IMG/VR virus record: IMGVR_UViG_3300014202_000529
Coordinates: 32,001-96,000 of that record
Origin: a virus
Taxonomy: Duplodnaviria > Caudoviricetes
Length of the DNA: 64,000 nucleotides
Strand: one strand, 5' to 3'
The translations under genes were made by a program, and so were the position numbers. Of this stretch, positions 58,302 through 64,000 are shown piece after piece; position 1 is the first letter of the stretch; the number at the start of each line of letters is the position of its first letter. A model generated the notes under the pieces. It saw only the letters and a program-made list of their open reading frames with translations, was not told the origin of the DNA and ran no database searches.

Positions 58302-58862
58302 CTATGCTGCTACCAACTCCTGATACTGGACCACCGCTTGATTCAATTGATCCTTCAACTCCACAATCTTCTTTTCCAATTCCACCTTCTTGGCATCCTT
58401 CGCGTTCTGTATTGCATCCTCAATCGCCGGATCATGAGCAGTGCATACATAGGGCTTCTCCCATTTCCCTACGTTGACATCAACATACCATCCCACATCG
58501 AAGTAGTCCGTCATCGGATCACTGTTATCATGGTTTCCAATGTGCATGGTATCGATGATCTTCTTCATGACTTCCAGCGCAACCCCAGTGAAATGCTCAT
58601 GATACCAATAATGATTGATATCCATGTACCCTTGTTTGGGCAAAGCTTCGATTGCTTCTTTCTGGTAATCTTGCAACGTATACGCTTTATCCAACATGGT
58701 CTTGACATGGTTACCGATGAAATCAATTGGACCGCTCTTGATGTTCATCACCAATGTGCTGTGATTGTGTACCCCCAAGGTATACTTGAGTCCGGTTCCC
58801 TTGAGTGCCTTCTTCAGCTCCTCAGCAATCTTCTTCTTTTTCTCTTGACTCATATATGCCAT
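58302..58862 (-). CDS. MAYMSQE-family paralogue 2 with C-terminal extension ending ELVAA
   Basis: Clear similarity to 43028-43441. Confidence 0.75.
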   Translation of the reverse strand: MAYMSQEKKKKIAEELKKALKGTGLKYTLGVHNHSTLVMNIKSGPIDFIGNHVKTMLDKAYTLQDYQKEAIEALPKQGYMDINHYWYHEHFTGVALEVMKKIIDTMHIGNHDNSDPMTDYFDVGWYVDVNVGKWEKPYVCTAHDPAIEDAIQNAKDAKKVELEKKIVELKDQLNQAVVQYQELVAA

Positions 58863-58963
58863 CTTTCTACCTCCCTTGTTTATTTCCCTTACATTCTGAG
58901 TCTAGCATATATGCCAATCTTGTCAAGTCACCAGAAACATTAAAAATATGACAATTATTGTCA

Positions 58964-58983
58964 CTGTATCTTTTTGGATACAC
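58964..58983. repeat. 20-bp palindrome, copy 7
   Basis: CTGTATC-TTTTTG-GATACAC, 37 bp upstream of -35. Confidence 0.8.
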
Positions 58984-59185
58984 GCCGTGCCGATTTCACA
59001 ACGACACATTCCCCTGCAGGAACAAGAAATTCCTCACCTGCAACCTTCACATACACTGAGTCAGTCCGTTTTGACATTCCCGAAATCTTTCCGACATAGA
59101 ACCACGGCGTAGTCCATGAACTGAGTGCAAGTCCTGCTATCTTGCATCCCTTTGTAATCGTTTTTCCTAGTGCATCTTTCATGTG

Positions 59186-59466
59186 ATTGCTCCTATTCTT
59201 TTTGATTGTTTCACCATTAGGATGTACACTTGTGATGTTGAATCACCACGCGCATCAACTTCTCAACCTGCTTCTTCCTGTCTTTTTGTTCCTCTATCAT
59301 ACGTTTTAATGAAACTTGTTGTCTATAAATCTCTAGAGCCATGCACTGGACCTGCCGCTCAAGTCCGTCGATTTCTCTCTCATATAGGTCCAACACACCC
59401 TTAGACAACCTATGATCTTTCTGCTTCATCATCTCTCCTATTGCTCCTATTCTTTTTGATTGTTTC
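59186..59466. repeat. 27-bp direct repeat pair (59186-59212 and 59440-59466)
   Basis: ATTGCTCCTATTCTTTTTGATTGTTTC occurs twice. Confidence 0.85.
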
Positions 59467-60058
59467 GCCACTATGATGCATTCTTCTCTCGAAACACCGA
59501 CAACTGTATGTTCTCTTTGACTTCCCGCGAAAGGGTCTTGAGTAAGGGGTCCACGTTCATACGAGTCAACAGGTAATCATAGGTGTAGATCATGCTTGGA
59601 CGGTTCTGAAAACGAATAGTAAACCCACTATATCTCTTATTATGTGTGAATTCTTCAATGATCATGAGACGCCTTCCTCCATGTGTTCAAGGATCTCTCA
59701 GACCTTCTGTATCCGCAACTGATCAACACCAAGATACTTACCAATTGGGAGTGCTAGGACCACTGTGTACCCTGCTTTTGGAAGCTTCGGTATGACCACG
59801 TTCATGTCGCTGAGCAATCGCTGAACCGCAGCGACCACTTGCGCCCGCGTCTGACCGCCATCCAGCTTTCGACCTGCTCCATCTGTAATCACATACCCAA
59901 TCATGATTGCCTCCTAGTGTTCAAAGATCTCAGTATACTGTGGGCACGGCATGCGCTGAGTCCGCTTCCATGCTTCCACCAGAATCCTGATTTCCTTCGC
60001 TACCCTTTTGATCACCTTCATCATGATCAAAGTCTATCATACTGGCAGATAGTGTCAA

Positions 60059-60078
60059 GTGTATCTAATTGGATACAG
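60059..60078. repeat. 20-bp palindrome, copy 8
   Basis: GTGTATC-TAATTG-GATACAG abutting the -35. Confidence 0.8.
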
Positions 60079-60463
60079 TCGCTTCGAACGTCCGCTTCCC
60101 TTCCCACTCTACCAGATACTTCCTTTTCTTCTCCTCCAGTCCCCCCTGATAGGTGACCTTGGTTACCCGCGCTCTCTCGTCATCCCCACCCCTCAACAGC
60201 TTCCTGATGTCAATGGTCCCCTCACTCATGACTGGAATTGGTGCTGCCCAGGTAATCCCGCAGCTCAAGTTGACCAGTGTGAACAGCTTCCAAATTCTCC
60301 GATCTCGTAGTTGACTCTCCATTCTCTTACCAAGAATCGTCAGTGCCACAATGTATGTTCCATGCTCTGCACCCAGATCCACAACGGTGCCTGGGCGTAG
60401 GTCATACTGAGCGATATCTAACCTGATCCGTTTAAACATCGCGTCCATTTCATCCTGTTCCAT
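60065..60463 (-). CDS. Hypothetical protein, paralogue of 56339-56743
   Basis: Shared motif block. Confidence 0.6.
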   Translation of the reverse strand: MEQDEMDAMFKRIRLDIAQYDLRPGTVVDLGAEHGTYIVALTILGKRMESQLRDRRIWKLFTLVNLSCGITWAAPIPVMSEGTIDIRKLLRGGDDERARVTKVTYQGGLEEKKRKYLVEWEGKRTFEATVSN

Positions 60464-60696
60464 GTCTCCAATCCTTCCTTATGAACAGCACCCGTTATCG
60501 GGGAAAATGTAGACCTTTTCCTTCTCTGCTGTGATGTCATAGGATACCGGCACTTCATCATCTCTGAACTTCACATCACGCTCTGCTGCTAGCTGTCTCG
60601 CTCGCTCCTCATCTTGTGCAATGATCACCAACCCTCCATCAGAATGATATTGGTCCGTCAGCTCTTCAACATATTCCCAGATAAAAATCTTCATCG

Positions 60697-61239
60697 TTAT
60701 CCTTTCTGGCATCGATCAATGCGCCACCGATAGACTCGAACTCGATATAATTTTTTCCACTCCTTGAATGGCAGGCCACCGGTTCCACAGTTCGGCTCAT
60801 AGATCTTTCCATCTTCAAACGCAACCGCATGTGCCGTGCGCTTCCCCAATGCGACCCCCAAAATACCCTTCCCATGTAACAAGGATTCAGTGAGGTTCAC
60901 TCGCTTCAACCCCAGAAATGGGGTATCGAATAGTCCAGTCGCAAAGGTAGATCCGGGTTGACCCTGAAATCCATACTGTTTCATCATTGTGTTCGCTGTC
61001 TGAAACCAAGTAAAATCTTGTGTCCCATCCGGTCTCCGTGCTGCAATCGAGGCATGGTATTCCATACCTGCCAGGGTCTCGAATTCTTTCAACAACTCAT
61101 CAACCGCTTTTCCAGTGACCATTGCTAACGAAGTGACCCAACATTCATTCTTACGTTGTTTGAGAGGTTGAATCATCATGTCTCCTTTGGTGTCTTGATC
61201 ATCATGATCCAAGAATACCATAGGTGCCAGAATAGTCAA
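60697..61239 (-). CDS. Hypothetical protein with a peptidase C39-like pattern; likely start MMIQPL
   Basis: Q....CW.TSLAM and HAVAFEDG.IYEP. Confidence 0.45.
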   Translation of the reverse strand: MTILAPMVFLDHDDQDTKGDMMIQPLKQRKNECWVTSLAMVTGKAVDELLKEFETLAGMEYHASIAARRPDGTQDFTWFQTANTMMKQYGFQGQPGSTFATGLFDTPFLGLKRVNLTESLLHGKGILGVALGKRTAHAVAFEDGKIYEPNCGTGGLPFKEWKKLYRVRVYRWRIDRCQKG

Positions 61240-61254
61240 GTGTCAGGTTTTCTG

Positions 61255-61274
61255 GTGTATCTAAAAGGATACAC
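61255..61274. repeat. 20-bp palindrome, copy 9
   Basis: GTGTATC-TAAAAG-GATACAC, 15 bp upstream of -35. Confidence 0.85.
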
Positions 61275-61544
61275 TATCTCCATATGTACGATAATGCGCG
61301 TCCCCTCGCACCCTCCAGGGTTTTGCGGCGACCCATATAGATCACTCGTCCATGTACCTTGGACCCGCTTGGATGGTCAACCATTTCGAACACTCGATAC
61401 ACAAACCCATCACCCTCTTGCAACACATGCGCTCGCCTGTAGTTGCTCACCACATACCACTTCACAATATCGTCCTGTGTATAGACCCCTTCTTTTTGTG
61501 TGCATGGTTCTGGAATCATGGTGCCTCCATGTCTGCCGTTATTG

Positions 61545-62156
61545 TCAAGCAAGAATCACTTCCACATTCCCTAACGCTGTGAACTCTCGACCCCGTTCCG
61601 ACTCGATCCCAACCGACCAACCAAACCGTGTCTGACCTACCCAGAAACAGATCCCGATTAATCCCTTTGGAAGCTTGCGACCCCGAACAATTTTAACCTG
61701 CTTCCCGCGCTCCACTCGCATCAACCGGTCCATCCGCTTACGTTCCTGTATCGCTCTATATTTTGCTTCTTGCATCTCAGCATACTTGGCAGCAATTTCG
61801 GGAGTCGCATCAATCGAAGCACCATTTGGATAGGACCAGCCGCGAGTTGAAGCATAGACCACTCGTTTAAATTCCTGTTTGGCATCATCCCACACAACCG
61901 CGTAAAAGTCCGAGTCATCATATCCATTGATCTCACCGGTATCGACCACACACCCCACATAAGACGTTTTCATATACAGTGGCGAATAGTTGACACATTG
62001 ACTGCACGATTCACCGCGGCCCTCATGCGACCCCTTACCACAAGCATAGGTGTGATGAATTCGCGTAATCTCATGACCTGGGTAATTCTCAATGCACTCA
62101 ACCTCACCAGGGTTCTTGTCATACTCAGCTTTGTCTACCATCATACGAATAGACAT
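61545..62156 (-). CDS. Early hypothetical protein
   Basis: NGYDDSDFYAVVWD, VKIVRGRK.PKG..G..FW; GGAGG SD. Confidence 0.65.
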   Translation of the reverse strand: MSIRMMVDKAEYDKNPGEVECIENYPGHEITRIHHTYACGKGSHEGRGESCSQCVNYSPLYMKTSYVGCVVDTGEINGYDDSDFYAVVWDDAKQEFKRVVYASTRGWSYPNGASIDATPEIAAKYAEMQEAKYRAIQERKRMDRLMRVERGKQVKIVRGRKLPKGLIGICFWVGQTRFGWSVGIESERGREFTALGNVEVILA

Positions 62157-62208
62157 TGTGTGCCTCCTAGTTCAGATCATCTACTTTTTGCGTCATCATC
62201 ATGATCCA

Positions 62209-62614
62209 AGAATACCATACTGGCATGTGATGTCAAGACCCCCTTGACAAGATTTTTTATTATGATAAACTATAATTGATTTTTGAGGGTGAAACCCCCT
62301 AGGGGCGGGTGTGTGTATAGAGTGGTATAAATGACACCATCGACTCTTGCAATTGCAAAAATCATAGGCTTGCAAGTTCCATGCTCACAAAGCCTCACAG
62401 AAGCCAATATTAATTATTTTTAATGTTCTCTCAGTGTACAAAAATGAACACAGTTGACAGGCTTCCATATATTTGGTAATCTGGTATTGTGGAGAAGTAT
62501 ACTCATTGTATCCTTTTAGATACACTCCCCATGTTACCAGATTACCATAACTCCGTAAAATGTCAAATTTTTAATATTTGGTTGACTTGACACTATCTGC
62601 CAATATGGTATGCT
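62209..62614. promoter_or_regulatory. Promoter hub: five sigma70-like promoters on both strands plus palindrome copy 10 (62506-62525)
   Basis: Minus 62209-62236, plus 62244-62271, plus 62454-62482, minus 62539-62566, plus 62587-62614. Confidence 0.7.
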
Positions 62615-62620
62615 TAGATC

Positions 62621-63013
62621 ATGGACAGGGGAGAAAACAAGGAGGCAACCATGAAGCTCATAGGAAAAGATCTCAAGTCCGTAAAGCACATCATTCAAGC
62701 CACGTTCCCTGATTACAAAGGACGTAAGTTCTTCTTGCAACCCAAGGAACGGGCACCCAAGGATCTGAGGAGCTATTGGGATGAGGGGAGCAGAACGTAT
62801 TATGCGTTCTATAACCTGGACACACAGGAAGTGTTACATGTTCATAGCAACCACCCGATGTTCGAAGCGAATCAACCAAGCAAACTGAGGGAGTTGCCCA
62901 CTCATGTGGTCCTGGCAACCTATGCGGTCTATTGTGGAAGGGAAGCAGGGGTGACGTTGTACGCGGATCTCACCAAGCTCATCTTTTCGAATGCAAAGAG
63001 AGCAGGGTTATAG
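62621..63013 (+). CDS. Hypothetical protein; the only convincing plus-strand gene (likely start MKLIGK at 62651)
   Basis: Own promoter, GGAGG SD, FPDYKGRKF..SYWDEGSR..Y. Confidence 0.7.
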   Translation: MDRGENKEATMKLIGKDLKSVKHIIQATFPDYKGRKFFLQPKERAPKDLRSYWDEGSRTYYAFYNLDTQEVLHVHSNHPMFEANQPSKLRELPTHVVLATYAVYCGREAGVTLYADLTKLIFSNAKRAGL

Positions 63014-63325
63014 AGTCCATACTCGAAAGAAGTACCCAACCATGATGGAGAGAAACGCAATGACCAGGTAGTCAAATGTATCCATGTTATTCCTCTCTTT
63101 GGCATGTGCACCATCCGCGGCGCACCGAACACTCATCAATCTTTTCATCGATATTAATGGCAAGACCCTGCCCCATGCGAGCACCATAGCACCGAATAAA
63201 GGTTTGCGCGTCCACCGGTATCCACTCTCGATCATAGCAAACATGACAACTTGGGTATGAGTCTTTGAGGATGTCCTCAATCACTTCCATCATGTTCAGC
63301 AAGCTACGTTGTTGGCGTATGTTCA

Positions 63326-63598
63326 TCATAGCACCCCCAAGGTTCGAAGAAGTCCGATACCATCAATGATAAAGTACGCAACATAGAGAGCAGTAAGTCC
63401 AAACGACCCACGATGCCACGCACCCCCACCAAGCAAGCATGCGGAGATTAACCAACCAATATACGCATAGACCATTGGAGGCGTAGGGGTTGTGAGTGCC
63501 AACAAGATGGACATAGCAATGCCAATCACCAGACCACAGAACTCAACCACAAATCTAATTTTATGGCAATACCAATCCCGGCAGATATATTCAATCAT
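63326..63598 (-). CDS. Membrane hypothetical protein
   Basis: Three hydrophobic helices. Confidence 0.55.
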   Translation of the reverse strand: MIEYICRDWYCHKIRFVVEFCGLVIGIAMSILLALTTPTPPMVYAYIGWLISACLLGGGAWHRGSFGLTALYVAYFIIDGIGLLRTLGVL

Positions 63599-64000
63599 GA
63601 TTCTTCCAATGAGGATTCACCTGATCCATGAGCGCAACGACTTCAATAGGGTTACAGTGACCCTTTGTCAACTTCAATATAAGATGCAATGACATCCGAT
63701 AGGGTAGCTCCAACAGGTGGGCCGCACGGATATACTCAAGAATTTTTTCTTTCTCAACAATGCAAAGCTGCGAGTCCATCACCAATTATCTTTGTTTGGA
63801 TTGGTGTCATAGTGATTCACAAGGTGAATCGCACCCCAAAAGAACCAGAGTGCACCAAATACCCATGCTGCAGTATAGGGATGATCCCATGCAAGCATCC
63901 CGATCACCACCAAGCAAGCAAGTCCGACTGCACCAACTGGTATCCATGCCAATATTGTTAACATTCGTCATACACCCATAGTAAGAAGTATAAGACCAAC

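Noticed and set aside
43530-62525. Palindromic repeats as a CRISPR array
   Set aside because: Copies are 1-7 kb apart and tied to promoters; there are no regular spacers or cas genes
43530-62525. Palindrome as a LexA SOS box or canonical lux box
   Set aside because: Spacing is TGT-N12-ACA rather than CTGT-N8-ACAG, and it lacks the CT-N12-AG register of lux boxes
1-64000. Stop-codon reassignment or suppressor tRNA
   Set aside because: Known genes are intact in the standard code, and no CUA, UUA or UCA anticodon was found

Overview
This is a 64-kb segment of a large T4-like (Tevenvirinae-like or 'huge') dsDNA phage, with almost all genes on the minus strand. 1-16.7 kb: T4-like core genes (gp33, dsbA, RNase H, DNA ligase, exonuclease, PhoH) plus host-takeover and repair genes (ppGpp hydrolase, TusA, ClpP, RtcB, nucleotidyltransferase, Lar-like and acidic proteins). 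17-29.6 kb: an RNA-gene array of 39 CCA-ending tRNAs covering all 20 amino acids, a tmRNA, an RNase P RNA, two circularly permuted tRNA-like RNAs, one aberrant tRNA-like RNA and several unexplained structured RNAs. The array is headed by a leader-peptide/terminator attenuator. 29.8-33.7 kb: three tandem fibre-like paralogues. 34-42 kb: SPFH protein, a Prs-like plus NadV-like NAD+ reconstitution pair, Rnl2-like ligase, GGQ release factor, a ~290-nt ncRNA, Pth2-like protein and PyrE. 43-64 kb: an early-gene region built from repeated cassettes (20-bp palindrome, sigma70 promoter, conserved leader). It carries a c-di-GMP-type cellulose synthase BcsA, a PilZ protein, a BcsS-like beta-barrel and a LuxI-like AHL synthase. 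All calls come from reading motifs and base-pairing by eye; no database searches were run.
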